From Candidatus Omnitrophota bacterium (lineage in GTDB: Bacteria > Omnitrophota > Gorgyraeia > Gygaellales > Profunditerraquicolaceae): a stretch of DNA of 39,101 bases. How positions within the stretch are numbered: the stretch's first letter is position 1; each line of letters begins with the position of its first letter. Both the position numbers and the translations under genes were made by a program. The notes under the pieces were generated by a model. It was not told the origin of the DNA. It did no database searches and saw only the letters and a program-made list of their open reading frames with translations. The DNA lies in assembly GCA_016214325.1 (NCBI GenBank), contig JACROS010000080.1:1-39101 (forward strand), in the 5' to 3' direction. Of this stretch, positions 1-10,299 are shown piece by piece.

Positions 1-1599
1 GAGGCTGGAGTAGGAAAGACTGCTATTGTAGAGGGGTTGGCGCAGTCAATTGTTACCGGTAATGTTCCGGAAATATTAAGGGGTAAGCGTATTGTGGTTT
101 TAGATTTGGCATTAATGGTGGCTGGTACAAAATACCGCGGACAGTTTGAAGAACGTATCAAGGCGGTAATGGAAGAAATAAAGCGTTCGCAGGATGTGAT
201 TATTTTTATTGACGAATTGCATACGCTTGTGGGAGCTGGTGCGGCTGAGGGAGCAATTGATGCTTCAAATATTTTAAAGCCGTCATTATCTCGTGGAGAG
301 ATGCAGTGTATTGGTGCTACCACTATGGATGAATACAGAAAGTATATTGAAAAAGATGCTGCTCTTGAGCGCAGGTTCCAGACAATCATGGTTGACCCTC
401 CGTCGGTGGAGCAGACCGTTGAAATATTAAAGGGCCTGCGTGATAAATATGAGGCTCATCATAGGGTAAGTTTCAGGGATGATGCCTTAGAAGCCGCAGC
501 TAAGTTATCGGACCGTTATATTTCAGGAAGGTTTCTACCCGATAAGGCAATTGATATTATTGATGAGGCTGGCTCCAGGGCAAGGCTGAATGTTTTAATT
601 GTTCCTCCTGATATTAAAAATCTCGAGGAGAAAGTGGAAGCGTTGCGTAAAGAAAAAGAGTCTTTTATTAAGTCGCAGGATTTTGAAAAGGCAGCTTCTT
701 TGCGTGATCAGGAAAGGCTCGCGCGGCAAGAATTGGAACAGCTTACTCGCGAATGGAATCAGGCCAAGGATAAAATGCGGCCTGAAGTAGGAGAGGAAGA
801 AGTTGCTAAAATTGTTGCACAGTGGACAGGGATTCCAATTTTCCGTCTTGAAGAAAAAGAGAGCGAGAAGTTGTTAAAAATTGAAGAAGATTTGCACGGG
901 CGTGTAGTTGGGCAGAATGAGGCTATTAATACGATTGCTCATGCAGTGAGGCGTTCTCGCGCAGGCATGAAAGATCCTAGGCGGCCGATTGGTTCATTTG
1001 TTTTCTTAGGGCCGACTGGTGTGGGCAAAACTTTGTTGGCGCGCGCTTTAGCTGAGTTTATGTTTGGCGATGAAGATGCATTGGTGCAGTTAGATATGTC
1101 TGAGTATATGGAGAAATTTAATGTTTCTCGTTTAGTAGGTGCACCTCCGGGTTATGTTGGATATGAAGAGGGTGGGCAGTTAACTGAAAAAGTACGCCGT
1201 CGCCCATATTCAGTAATTCTTTTAGACGAAATTGAAAAGGCGCACCCTGATGTATTTAATTTACTTTTACAAGTTTTTGAAGAGGGCCGTTTGACAGACA
1301 GCTTTGGCAGGAAAGTTGATTTTCGTAACACAATTATTATTATGACTTCTAATGTGGGAGCTGACCTTATCCGTAAAACCGGATCGCTTGGTTTTAAGAC
1401 CCAAAAAGAAGAAGTTACTTATCAGGAGATGAAAGATAAGTTGTTAGAAGAAGTTAAGCGGACGTTTAAGCCGGAGTTTATAAATCGTATTGATGATATT
1501 ATTGTCTTTAGGCCATTGTTAAAAGAAGACTTAGAGAGGATTATTAATATTGAGATTAGTTTTGTAATTGAGCGTTTGCGCGACCAGAAAATTTACTGA
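1..1599 (+). CDS. clpC: ATP-dependent Clp protease ATPase ClpC, 5'-partial; C-terminal small domain disrupted (true tail in another frame, 1589-1657)
   Basis: Frame is open from base 1 (EAGVGKT, Walker A1). Also [11 protein letters not shown]-type coiled coil (FEKAASLRD), [19 protein letters not shown]. Ends at DQKIY*; [22 protein letters not shown] follows in a shifted frame and stops in ATGA overlap with mlaE. Confidence 0.95.
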   Translation, partial: EAGVGKTAIVEGLAQSIVTGNVPEILRGKRIVVLDLALMVAGTKYRGQFEERIKAVMEEIKRSQDVIIFIDELHTLVGAGAAEGAIDASNILKPSLSRGEMQCIGATTMDEYRKYIEKDAALERRFQTIMVDPPSVEQTVEILKGLRDKYEAHHRVSFRDDALEAAAKLSDRYISGRFLPDKAIDIIDEAGSRARLNVLIVPPDIKNLEEKVEALRKEKESFIKSQDFEKAASLRDQERLARQELEQLTREWNQAKDKMRPEVGEEEVAKIVAQWTGIPIFRLEEKESEKLLKIEEDLHGRVVGQNEAINTIAHAVRRSRAGMKDPRRPIGSFVFLGPTGVGKTLLARALAEFMFGDEDALVQLDMSEYMEKFNVSRLVGAPPGYVGYEEGGQLTEKVRRRPYSVILLDEIEKAHPDVFNLLLQVFEEGRLTDSFGRKVDFRNTIIIMTSNVGADLIRKTGSLGFKTQKEEVTYQEMKDKLLEEVKRTFKPEFINRIDDIIVFRPLLKEDLERIINIEISFVIERLRDQKIY

Positions 1600-1653
1600 A
1601 GGATGTAAAATAAAAATTGTTCGTAAAAATGAGGAGCTAGTTTTTGAAAAACT

Positions 1654-2439
1654 ATGATTAGCGGTTTCTTGTCTCATATCGGAAGAATGACGCTTTCTTT
1701 TTTGTTTTTTGCCGGCGGCTTGGCGAATTTGAGCGGCCAGGCGATTTATCTAAGTTTTGTTCCTCCTTTTCATAAGGGGCGTTTTTTTGAGCAGATAAAA
1801 AAAGCCGGTTGTGACAGCTTGCCGATAGTTTCTTTGGTGGCGTTATTTATCGGTTTTATTTTTGCCTTGCAGACTGCTTATTTTATGCAGCGTATCGGCT
1901 CAGAGATGTATATAGCAAGCCTTGTGGCTCTTTCAATTGTCAGGGAACTCGGCCCAGTGATTACTGCGCTTGTTGTTGCCGGACGAGTAGGTGCTTCAAT
2001 CACCGCAGAACTTGGTTCAATGCAGGTCACCGAGCAGATTGACGCTTTAGAGACTTTGGCGAGCAATCCAATTAAATATCTGGTGGTTCCGCGCTTCTTG
2101 GCATTAAGCATAGTGCTTCCTTTGTTGACGCTTTATGCTGATATTATCGGCATTATGGGAAGCTATATTATTTGTGTTTTTAAACTGGGGATTTCTTCAA
2201 GCCTGTATTTACATGTTACCTTTGATGCTCTTTTGTATAAAGATTTATTTACAGGGCTCGTTAAGACGATTTTCTTTGGGATGTTGATTGCACTTGTTAG
2301 CTGTTACGAAGGTTTTAATGTTGAGGGAGGCGCAGAGGGAGTTGGCCGGGCAACTACACGTTCTGTAGTTTTTACATTTATTATGATTATCGCCGCGGAC
2401 TGTTTCTTTACTGCTATATTTTATTTTATATTCCCATGA
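1654..2439 (+). CDS. mlaE: MlaE-family ABC transporter permease
   Basis: RELGPVITALVVAGRVGASITAELGSMQVTEQIDAL and GGAEGVGRATT signatures; multi-TM. Confidence 0.93.
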   Translation: MISGFLSHIGRMTLSFLFFAGGLANLSGQAIYLSFVPPFHKGRFFEQIKKAGCDSLPIVSLVALFIGFIFALQTAYFMQRIGSEMYIASLVALSIVRELGPVITALVVAGRVGASITAELGSMQVTEQIDALETLASNPIKYLVVPRFLALSIVLPLLTLYADIIGIMGSYIICVFKLGISSSLYLHVTFDALLYKDLFTGLVKTIFFGMLIALVSCYEGFNVEGGAEGVGRATTRSVVFTFIMIIAADCFFTAIFYFIFP

Positions 2440-3188
2440 TTGAGATTAAGGAACTATATAAATCTTTTAATTCGCATCAGGTTTTAAGTGGATTAAATCT
2501 TAAGATTCAAAAAGGCTCAACTTGTGTAATTATTGGGCGTTCTGGCTGCGGGAAGAGTGTTTTACTTAAGCATATCGTCGGAATTCTTAGGCCTGATAGC
2601 GGAAAAGTATTTGTTGATGGTAAAGATGTTACTAGCTTAAAAGATAAAGAATTAAATGCTTTAAGGCTTAAAATTAGTATTGTGTTTCAAGGCGGGGCTC
2701 TTTTCGATTCTCTTAATGTCGCAGAAAATGTTGGTTTTGGTTTAATTGAGCACCAGCATATCGGCCACAAAGAACTTATGGAAAGAGTAAGAGAGTCTTT
2801 GGCTCTGGTGGATCTTAGGGGAGTTGAAGAAATGATGCCTTCTTCATTAAGCGGTGGAATGAAAAAACGCGTGGCTCTTGCGCGGGCAATTTGTATTAAG
2901 CCGGATATTATTCTTTATGATGAGCCGACGACCGGAGTTGATCCGATTACGGCAGACAGCATTAACGAATTAATTAAGAGCCTGCATGACAAATTAAAAG
3001 TAACTGCAGTGGTGGTTACCCATGATATGAAAAGCGCTTATCGGGTTGCTGACCGGATTGCCATGATGTATCAGGGAAAGATTATTGCAGAGGGCTCTCC
3101 TCAGGAAATTCAACAAACTCAAAATCCTGTTGTGCACCAGTTTATTAATGGCCTTTCTCAGGGGCCGATTACTGAGAGCTTAGGATAA
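2436..3188 (+). CDS. mlaF: MlaF-family ABC ATPase
   Basis: GRSGCGKS, LSGGMKKRVALARA, YDEPTTG, VTHD; lies between mlaE and mlaD. Confidence 0.92.
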   Translation: MIEIKELYKSFNSHQVLSGLNLKIQKGSTCVIIGRSGCGKSVLLKHIVGILRPDSGKVFVDGKDVTSLKDKELNALRLKISIVFQGGALFDSLNVAENVGFGLIEHQHIGHKELMERVRESLALVDLRGVEEMMPSSLSGGMKKRVALARAICIKPDIILYDEPTTGVDPITADSINELIKSLHDKLKVTAVVVTHDMKSAYRVADRIAMMYQGKIIAEGSPQEIQQTQNPVVHQFINGLSQGPITESLG

Positions 3189-3205
3189 TTAATGGAGGAA
3201 TTAAA

Positions 3206-3823
3206 ATGGTATTCGGAAAGACAAAGCTAGAATTAAAGGTTGGGATTTTTGTTATTATTGGTTTAGCGATCTTGGTGACCTTTGTTTTGTCTATCGGTAA
3301 ATTTAAAACCTGGACCGCAGGGTATAAGGTGGGTTTTATTTTTAATTTCTCAAACGGGGTTAAGGTGGGAGCTCCAGTTAGATTTGCCGGTATGGATGTT
3401 GGTGAGGTTAAGCATATTGGTATAATTATGCCAAAGAATCCCGGCGAGAAGGCTCAAGTTAATGTTGTTTGTTGGGTGAGAAAACAAGTAAATATTCCGC
3501 AGGACTCAACAATTTGGGTTAATACTTTGGGGCTTTTGGGTGAGAAATATATTGAGATTATGCCTGGCTCTGATTATGAGCATTGCCTTGTGGCTAATCA
3601 GACATTGGTTGGCGTTGATCCGTTGGCTATGCATGAGGTTGTGCGTACGGCAAAGAATATTGTAGATAATCTTGATGATAGTATTGAAAGAATAAATAGG
3701 AAAGAAGGGACTATTGGAAAACTTCTTTTTGATGATTCAGTTTATAATGAGCTGGATGCTTTTATGAAAGATATCCGCAAGAATCCCTGGAAATTATTCT
3801 TTAAAACAAAAGAGAAGAAGTAG
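3206..3823 (+). CDS. mlaD: MlaD/MCE-domain lipid-binding protein
   Basis: N-terminal TM, GVKVGAPVRFAGMDVGEV, GLLGEKYIEIMPG; GGAGG RBS. Confidence 0.9.
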   Translation: MVFGKTKLELKVGIFVIIGLAILVTFVLSIGKFKTWTAGYKVGFIFNFSNGVKVGAPVRFAGMDVGEVKHIGIIMPKNPGEKAQVNVVCWVRKQVNIPQDSTIWVNTLGLLGEKYIEIMPGSDYEHCLVANQTLVGVDPLAMHEVVRTAKNIVDNLDDSIERINRKEGTIGKLLFDDSVYNELDAFMKDIRKNPWKLFFKTKEKK

Positions 3824-3824
3824 A

Positions 3825-5195
3825 GTGAAAATTAAAACTGTTTTTAGTTGTCAAAATTGTGGGTTTCAATCGCCGAAATGGTTGGGTAAGTGCCCGGATT
3901 GTAATAGTTGGAACTCTTTTGCTGAGGAAGACTTTAGTTCTTCTGATAATAAAGCTAAAGAGAGGGTGTCTTTGTATACAGATGGGCCAGTTTTATTAAA
4001 AGACGTTCAAATAAAAGAAGAGAATCGTTTAAAGACACATATTAAGGAATTGGACCGGGTTTTAGGAGGAGGGATAGTTCCGGGTTCTGTGGTTTTGATT
4101 GGAGGAGACCCTGGAGTAGGAAAGTCAACTATTTCTCTTCAGGTTTCAAGCCAGCTTACTAAACAAAATGTAACCGTGCTTTATGTAAGCGGAGAAGAAT
4201 CTGTTGCGCAAACCAAATTAAGAGCCGAGCGTTTAGGAAATATTGATTCTGAGAAATTATTTATTGTTAATCAGACGGACCTTTCTTTAATTTGTGAATA
4301 TATAAAAAAAATCAAGCCGCAGGTAGTGATTATTGATTCTATTCAGGTGGTTTTTAATCCGCAGATTAGTTCATCTCCGGGAAGTGTTAGTCAGGTTAGA
4401 GAATGTGCCGGGTTATTAACGCAATTGGCAAAAAGCTCTGGTATATCTCTTTTTATTATTGGCCATGTAACAAAAGAGGGTGCTCTTGCAGGGCCCAGGG
4501 TTTTAGAGCATATTGTAGATACTGTGCTTTATTTTGAAGGGGACAGGTTTTCAATTTACCGGATGCTTCGGGCGGTAAAAAACAGGTTTGGTTCTACAAA
4601 TGAAATTGGTGTTTTTGAAATGACTGCAGGCGGGTTGGCAGAGGTGGCTAATCCGTCGGAGATATTTTTATCTGAAAGGCCCAAAGATGTTTCTGGATCA
4701 GTTGTAGTTTCTGTTTTAGAGGGCACTCGCCCGCTTCTTGTGGAAATTCAGGCTCTTGTTGCTAGGTCTAGTTTTGGTTATGCCAGTAGGCGCGCGCAAG
4801 GGTTTGATTTCAACCGGCTTTCTTTATTAATTGCTGTGCTTGAAAAACGCATGGGGCTTGCGCTTGAGGCCGAGGATATTTTTATCAACGTTGCTGGAGG
4901 AATTAAGATTGAGGACCCAAGCGCTGATTTGGCAGTGGCTTCGGCAATTGCTTCGGCATTTGGAGATAAGATGGTTTTGCCGGAGACAGTAGTGGTAGGA
5001 GAAGTGGGCTTAGCAGGTGAAATTAGAAGTGTTGCACAGGTAAGCCTGCGGATTAGCGAAGCACAAAGACTTGGTTTTAAAAGGTGTATTTTGCCAAAGA
5101 ATAATTTTAAGAATTTGCGTCTTGAGAATTCAAATATTGAATTAGTTCCAGTTTCAACACTTAAAGAAGCATTAGATATTTTACTGGGGAGGTAG
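3825..5195 (+). CDS. radA: DNA repair protein RadA/Sms
   Basis: C4 zinc finger (CQNCG..WLGKCPDC), GGDPGVGKST, KNRFG motif, Lon-like C-terminus. Confidence 0.97.
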   Translation: MKIKTVFSCQNCGFQSPKWLGKCPDCNSWNSFAEEDFSSSDNKAKERVSLYTDGPVLLKDVQIKEENRLKTHIKELDRVLGGGIVPGSVVLIGGDPGVGKSTISLQVSSQLTKQNVTVLYVSGEESVAQTKLRAERLGNIDSEKLFIVNQTDLSLICEYIKKIKPQVVIIDSIQVVFNPQISSSPGSVSQVRECAGLLTQLAKSSGISLFIIGHVTKEGALAGPRVLEHIVDTVLYFEGDRFSIYRMLRAVKNRFGSTNEIGVFEMTAGGLAEVANPSEIFLSERPKDVSGSVVVSVLEGTRPLLVEIQALVARSSFGYASRRAQGFDFNRLSLLIAVLEKRMGLALEAEDIFINVAGGIKIEDPSADLAVASAIASAFGDKMVLPETVVVGEVGLAGEIRSVAQVSLRISEAQRLGFKRCILPKNNFKNLRLENSNIELVPVSTLKEALDILLGR

Positions 5196-5199
5196 GTAG

Positions 5200-6180
5200 A
5201 TGAATATTTTATTGGTTAGGATTTTATTTGTAGTGGGAAGTTTTATTATTGGGTATCAGACTTTATCTGTGGGTGGATCAGGTTTAATTGGTGCAGGGAT
5301 TGGCGCAGGGGCAGCTCTTTTGATGATTCTTTTAGAAATTGGCCTGCGTAAAGTTTCAGTTACTGGATTATCTAGTGCAGTTTTTGGATTAATTTTGGGT
5401 TTAATTATGGCAAAGCTTGTTGGAGATGCTTTTAGCCTTGCTCAGATTGATGTAGAATCCTTGGGCACTATTCGAGTTACTCTCACTTTGGTTTTTTGCT
5501 ATTTAGGCATGGTAATAGCGCTGCGCGGTAAAGACGAATTTAACATTATAATTCCTTATGTACGCCTGCGCCGGCAGGATAGCCCTGAAGAGATTACCTT
5601 GTTTGATACTAGCGTTATTATTGACGGCAGGATTGTGGATATTTGTAAGAGTAAGTTTCTCGGCGGGAAAATGATTATTCCTAAGTTTGTTTTAAGAGAA
5701 TTGCAACAGATTGCTGATTCAACAGATCCGATTAAGCGCCAAAGAGGAAGACGCGGCCTTGAGATGCTGCATACAGTGCAAAAAGAGGCAGGTGTTGATA
5801 TTACTATTCATGAGGAGGATTTTGCAGAAACTAATGAGGTGGATGCAAAGTTAGTAAAATTAGCTAAATTGCTTGGGGCAAGTATTTTGACGGTGGATTA
5901 TAATCTTAATCGGGTGGCTACTATTCAGGGGGTAAAGGTTTTAAATATAAATGAACTTGCAAATGCCTTAAAGCCAATGGTTTTTCCCGGCGAGAACATG
6001 CAGATTAAACTGATTAAAGAAGGAAAAGAGCATAATCAGGCAATTGGTTATCTTGATGATGGGACAATGGTGGTTGTTGAAGATGCTCGCCGGTTGATTG
6101 GGCAGGAAGTCAAAGTGGCAGTTACTTCGGTTTTGCAGACTCAGGCAGGAAGGATGATCTTTACCAAGATCGAGAAATAA
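5200..6180 (+). CDS. Membrane PIN/TRAM-domain protein (YacL-like)
   Basis: N-terminal TMs, [13 protein letters not shown] motif, [35 protein letters not shown]; radA-ispD context. Confidence 0.93.
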   Translation: MNILLVRILFVVGSFIIGYQTLSVGGSGLIGAGIGAGAALLMILLEIGLRKVSVTGLSSAVFGLILGLIMAKLVGDAFSLAQIDVESLGTIRVTLTLVFCYLGMVIALRGKDEFNIIIPYVRLRRQDSPEEITLFDTSVIIDGRIVDICKSKFLGGKMIIPKFVLRELQQIADSTDPIKRQRGRRGLEMLHTVQKEAGVDITIHEEDFAETNEVDAKLVKLAKLLGASILTVDYNLNRVATIQGVKVLNINELANALKPMVFPGENMQIKLIKEGKEHNQAIGYLDDGTMVVVEDARRLIGQEVKVAVTSVLQTQAGRMIFTKIEK

Positions 6181-6182
6181 GA

Positions 6183-6863
6183 ATGAATGTATCTGCGATA
6201 GTGCTTGCAGCAGGTGCCGGAAAAAGATTCAAGTCAAAAGAATCAAAGGCGCTGGTAAGGGTTCTTGGCAAGCCACTTTTTATTTATAGCCTTGAAATAT
6301 TAAGCAAGTTATTTTTTGTTAAAGAAATTGTCGTTGTAGTTAATGATGATAATGCTTGTGATGTTGCCCGCGAAATTAAGCGTTACCGGATAAATAAAGT
6401 TAAGTGTTTGGTTAAAGGCGGCAGGCGCAGGCAGGATTCAGTGTTTTGTGGTTTGACTGCGGTTAGCGATAAAGCTGATTTCGTTTTGATCCACGATTCT
6501 GCACGGCCATTTATTAACAGTAAAATAGTTTCTGCTGTTGTGAAAGAAGCCTGTAAAATAGGCGCAGCGATTTTGGGGGTACCGGTGAAGGCTACTCTAA
6601 AGGAAATTGTCACCTGTGAAAAGATTGTAAAGAAGACGTTAGATAGAAGTAGGTTTTGGGAAATTCAGACTCCGCAGGTGTTTAAAAAAGATGTTATTCT
6701 TCAGGCTTATGATAAATTTAGCAGAGAAGATGTCACAGATGATGCATCTTTGGTGGAAAAACTTGGGAAAAAGGTGGCTGTTGTACAGGGAGCGTATTCA
6801 AATATTAAGATTACGACTCCGGAAGATTTGTGTATAGCAGAAGCGTTGCTGAAGAAAATATGA
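6183..6863 (+). CDS. ispD: 2-C-methyl-D-erythritol 4-phosphate cytidylyltransferase
   Basis: LAAGAGKRF, GGRRRQDSV, IHDSARP, QTPQVF, TDDASL, NIKITTPED. Confidence 0.96.
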   Translation: MNVSAIVLAAGAGKRFKSKESKALVRVLGKPLFIYSLEILSKLFFVKEIVVVVNDDNACDVAREIKRYRINKVKCLVKGGRRRQDSVFCGLTAVSDKADFVLIHDSARPFINSKIVSAVVKEACKIGAAILGVPVKATLKEIVTCEKIVKKTLDRSRFWEIQTPQVFKKDVILQAYDKFSREDVTDDASLVEKLGKKVAVVQGAYSNIKITTPEDLCIAEALLKKI

Positions 6864-7342
6864 AATCTCGGATTGGTATTGGTTATGATATTCATCGTTT
6901 GGTAGAGGGGCGCAAATTATTCCTAGGGGGTGTCGATATTCCCTATATCAAGGGTTTGCTTGGTCATTCCGACGGGGATGCGCTTCTGCATGCTATTTGC
7001 GATGCACTTTTGGGGGCATTGTCAGCCGGAGATATAGGGAGTCATTTTCCGGATACTGATCCAAAATACCAAGGAGTTTCAAGTAAGGTATTGTTGGAGG
7101 ATGTTGTTGAGTTGGTGAAGCTACGTAAATTTAGCATAAATAATATTGATACGGTGGTTATTGCGCAAGAACCGGTATTGGCTCCATTTAAAGAGAAAAT
7201 ATCCCAAAATATTGCACAGATTTTAAATATTAGTAAAGATTGTGTGAGTGTTAAGGCAAAGACTAATGAAGGACTGGGAGAGCTTGGCGAAAAGCTTGCT
7301 ATCGCCTGCTATGCCGTAGTGAGTTTAGAAGCGGAGGAGTAA
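6860..7342 (+). CDS. ispF: 2-C-methyl-D-erythritol 2,4-cyclodiphosphate synthase
   Basis: [32 protein letters not shown]. Start moved to ATG 6860 (ATGA overlap with the ispD stop). Confidence 0.96.
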   Translation: MKSRIGIGYDIHRLVEGRKLFLGGVDIPYIKGLLGHSDGDALLHAICDALLGALSAGDIGSHFPDTDPKYQGVSSKVLLEDVVELVKLRKFSINNIDTVVIAQEPVLAPFKEKISQNIAQILNISKDCVSVKAKTNEGLGELGEKLAIACYAVVSLEAEE

Positions 7343-7343
7343 A

Positions 7344-8027
7344 ATGGAACTTTTTATTAAGATTCTATTGGTAGTATTTATTTTATTCGTAACTAAAATT
7401 GTTTTAATAATCTTGTTTTTTTATAGTGAAATCAGAGCAGCTCAAAAAAGAGACCCTGCGGCAAAGAATTTCTTTGAAGTGCTTTTTCTTTATCCGGGGT
7501 TGCATGCGCTTATTTATTATCGTATTGCTAATCTATTACATAGAATGAGCATGACATTTTCTGCGCGTTTTGTTTCTCAGTTTGCTCGTTTTGTTACCGG
7601 TATTGAAATACATCCGGGGGCTAAAATCGGGAAAAGATTTTTTATCGATCATGGTTTAGGTGTCGTTATAGGAGAGACTACGATTATTGGAGATGGCGTG
7701 CTTTTGTATCAAGGAGTAACATTGGGTGGAACCGGGCTTCAACAAGGCAAACGTCATCCGACTATTGGTAATAATGTAGTTGTTGGAGCTGGAGCTAAGG
7801 TTCTTGGTAATATTGTTATCGGAGATAATTCTTATATCGGTGCAAACGCAGTGGTAATTAAAGATGTGCCTCCAAATTCAACTGTTGTGGGGGTGCCGGG
7901 AAGAATTACTAAGCAGGATGGCAAGAAAATCGATGTTAGTTTGGACCATATTCATGTATTGGATCCTATTATGCAGTCTGTTGAAGAGCTAGAGAAGAGA
8001 ATAGAAGAGTTAGAAAAACGCAAATAA
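7344..8027 (+). CDS. cysE: Serine O-acetyltransferase with a hydrophobic N-terminal extension
   Basis: [34 protein letters not shown], hexapeptide repeats; GGAGG RBS before 7344. Confidence 0.95.
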   Translation: MELFIKILLVVFILFVTKIVLIILFFYSEIRAAQKRDPAAKNFFEVLFLYPGLHALIYYRIANLLHRMSMTFSARFVSQFARFVTGIEIHPGAKIGKRFFIDHGLGVVIGETTIIGDGVLLYQGVTLGGTGLQQGKRHPTIGNNVVVGAGAKVLGNIVIGDNSYIGANAVVIKDVPPNSTVVGVPGRITKQDGKKIDVSLDHIHVLDPIMQSVEELEKRIEELEKRK

Positions 8028-8035
8028 CCTGTTTT

Positions 8036-9412
8036 ATGTCTATATATATCCAGAATTCCCTTTCAAGAAAAAAAGAATCTTTTGAGCCAGCTGTTTCTGC
8101 GCAGGTAAACATGTATACTTGCGGCGTAACTGTTTATGATGATTGCCATATTGGCCATGCGCGAAGTCTATATATTTTTGATGTTATCAGAAGGTATCTT
8201 GTTTATCGCGGGTTTAAAGTTAATTTTGTGCGTAATATTACTGATATTGATGACAAGATTATTAATCGTGCCAATGAATTAAAAGTTAGTTGGAAAGATT
8301 TGGTTGCAAAATATATCCAACGATATTATGAGGATATAGAAGCTTTGGGAATTTGCCGTGCTGATTTTGAGCCGCGGGCAACGGATAATATCGCGGAGAT
8401 GATTAAATATATTCAGGTTCTAATTGAAAAGGGTTTTGCTTATGCCTCAGGAGGAGATGTATATTTTAATGTGCGCAAGTTTTCTGGTTATGGAAAACTT
8501 TCCGGGCAGAGTATAGATGCAATGGAGTCTGGGGTGCGGATTGAACCGGCTGAGCATAAAAAAGATCCTTTGGATTTTGCACTTTGGAAAAAGTCAAAAG
8601 AAAATGAGCCGTTTTGGGAGAGCCCGTGGGGAAATGGCAGGCCGGGTTGGCATATTGAGTGTTCGGTGATGAGCCAAAAATTCTTAAAGGTCGACACTCT
8701 TGATATTCATGCCGGAGGCAGGGATTTAATCTTTCCGCATCATGAAAATGAAATTGCACAGGCAGAGGCATTAACTGGAAAACCATTTGCCAAATATTGG
8801 ATCCATCACGGGTTATTGACTATTAATTCCCAGAAGATGTCTAAGTCGCTTGGTAATTTTGTAACGATAAAGGATTTTTTATTAAAACATCGGTATGCTG
8901 ATATTCTAAAGCTTTTCTTTTTGTCTGCTCATTATTCACATCCTATAGATTATAGTGAAGAAAAGATAGTTGAAATTAAACAGGCTTTAGAAAGAATATT
9001 GATTTTTCTTGATAAAACGCAAAATTTATCAGCTTCTAGAAAAGCAGGGCAATTTTCAGATCTTGAAGACCTTCGTCAGGAATTTATTAAGGTGATGGAT
9101 GATGATTTTAATCTTCCGAAGGGGATTTCTGTAATATTTGAATTGGTCAATGCCGGTAATAAAAAACTAGATGATGTTGATTATATTGTTTGTACGAGGG
9201 AAATTATATTAGAATTAGCTGGTATTCTTGGTTTGGAATTACGTAGAGAAGAAGCGCAAGAAGATGTGAATGATTTAATTGATAAACGTAATGAAGCCAG
9301 GAAAAATAAGGATTTTAAAGAATCAGACCGGATAAGAAAAGAGCTGGAGTTAAAGGGAATAATTTTAGAAGATACAAAAGACGGAAAGACTACTTGGAGA
9401 AAAAAGCTTTAA
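8036..9412 (+). CDS. cysS: Cysteine--tRNA ligase
   Basis: CGVTVYD, HIGH, GRPGWHIECS, FPHHENE, KMSKS. Confidence 0.98.
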   Translation: MSIYIQNSLSRKKESFEPAVSAQVNMYTCGVTVYDDCHIGHARSLYIFDVIRRYLVYRGFKVNFVRNITDIDDKIINRANELKVSWKDLVAKYIQRYYEDIEALGICRADFEPRATDNIAEMIKYIQVLIEKGFAYASGGDVYFNVRKFSGYGKLSGQSIDAMESGVRIEPAEHKKDPLDFALWKKSKENEPFWESPWGNGRPGWHIECSVMSQKFLKVDTLDIHAGGRDLIFPHHENEIAQAEALTGKPFAKYWIHHGLLTINSQKMSKSLGNFVTIKDFLLKHRYADILKLFFLSAHYSHPIDYSEEKIVEIKQALERILIFLDKTQNLSASRKAGQFSDLEDLRQEFIKVMDDDFNLPKGISVIFELVNAGNKKLDDVDYIVCTREIILELAGILGLELRREEAQEDVNDLIDKRNEARKNKDFKESDRIRKELELKGIILEDTKDGKTTWRKKL

Positions 9413-9448
9413 ATTAATTTTCTGTTTTTCATATTTGTTTTTGAAATG

Positions 9449-9613
9449 TAGCGAATGGCAAGTCTTGTGTTTTTCGGGGACGTTTGGCGCGCCCAGCGTG
9501 CGCGCCTGCACTCTCTCGGATGCCTCGCTCTCGCAGGCTCTGAGATAGCAGGCGAACCGTGCCCGCTCGGCATCCTCAAAGCCCCTCGAAATCACAAGAC
9601 TTGCCATCCGCTA
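9449..9613. mobile_element. 165-bp GC-rich MITE/ERIC-like palindromic element
   Basis: 21-bp terminal inverted repeats 9449-9469 (TAGCGAATGGCAAGTCTTGTG) and 9593-9613 (CACAAGACTTGCCATCCGCTA), one mismatch, TA at both ends. Inner stems GGCGCGC/GCGCGCC (9486-9506) and GGATGCC/GGCATCC (9518-9575). Confidence 0.65.
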
Positions 9614-9675
9614 GCAAATAAAATTGAAACTCGCTTAAAAAACCATCAGATTCATTTATTTGATATAGGACTAGC

Positions 9676-10296
9676 ATGAAAGGTAAATTTATTACTTTTG
9701 AGGGTTCGGAGGGATGTGGCAAGAGCACACAGTCTAAAATGCTCGCCCAGTTTCTGGAAAATAAGGGCTTTTCAGTAGTATATTTGCGTGAACCTGGAGG
9801 TGTAAAGGTTAGCGAGAAGATACGTGAGCTTTTGCTTGATGCTAAGAATAAAATCAGCCCGGAAGCAGAGACGCTTCTTTATATGGCTGCGCGTTCTGAA
9901 GTGGTGAATGAAATTATTAAGCCGGCATTAGCTCAAGGAAAGATTATCGTTTGCGACCGTTTTTTAGATTCAACTATTTCCTATCAAGGTTATGGTTTGG
10001 GTATTGATTTAAAAGCAATAAAATTTATTGGCTTATTTGCCACCTGCGGGATTAAGCCGGATCTAACTATTCTTTTAGATCTTCCTCTAAAGAAAGGCCT
10101 GGCGCATCGTAAATTCTGCGAGGATCGTATTGAGCAAAGGCCGATAAGTTATCATCAGAAAGTAAGAAACGGTTATCTTAAATTAGCTTCTCAAGAACCA
10201 AAAAGAATAAAAGTGGTTAAGGTTGAGAAAGAAAAGCTAGCGACTCAAGGAGCAATAAGAAATTTAGTAATTAAGTCAGGGATTTGTAAACTATAA
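9676..10296 (+). CDS. tmk: Thymidylate kinase
   Basis: FITFEGSEGCGKSTQ, REPGG, CDRFLDSTISYQG, PDLT. Confidence 0.97.
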   Translation: MKGKFITFEGSEGCGKSTQSKMLAQFLENKGFSVVYLREPGGVKVSEKIRELLLDAKNKISPEAETLLYMAARSEVVNEIIKPALAQGKIIVCDRFLDSTISYQGYGLGIDLKAIKFIGLFATCGIKPDLTILLDLPLKKGLAHRKFCEDRIEQRPISYHQKVRNGYLKLASQEPKRIKVVKVEKEKLATQGAIRNLVIKSGICKL

Positions 10297-10299
10297 AAA

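Noticed and set aside
9365-9679. ORFs 9365-9607 (-) and 9455-9679 (+), both starting MASLV
   Set aside because: Both start in the two arms of the same inverted repeat; they are by-products of the GC-rich palindrome with no protein motifs.
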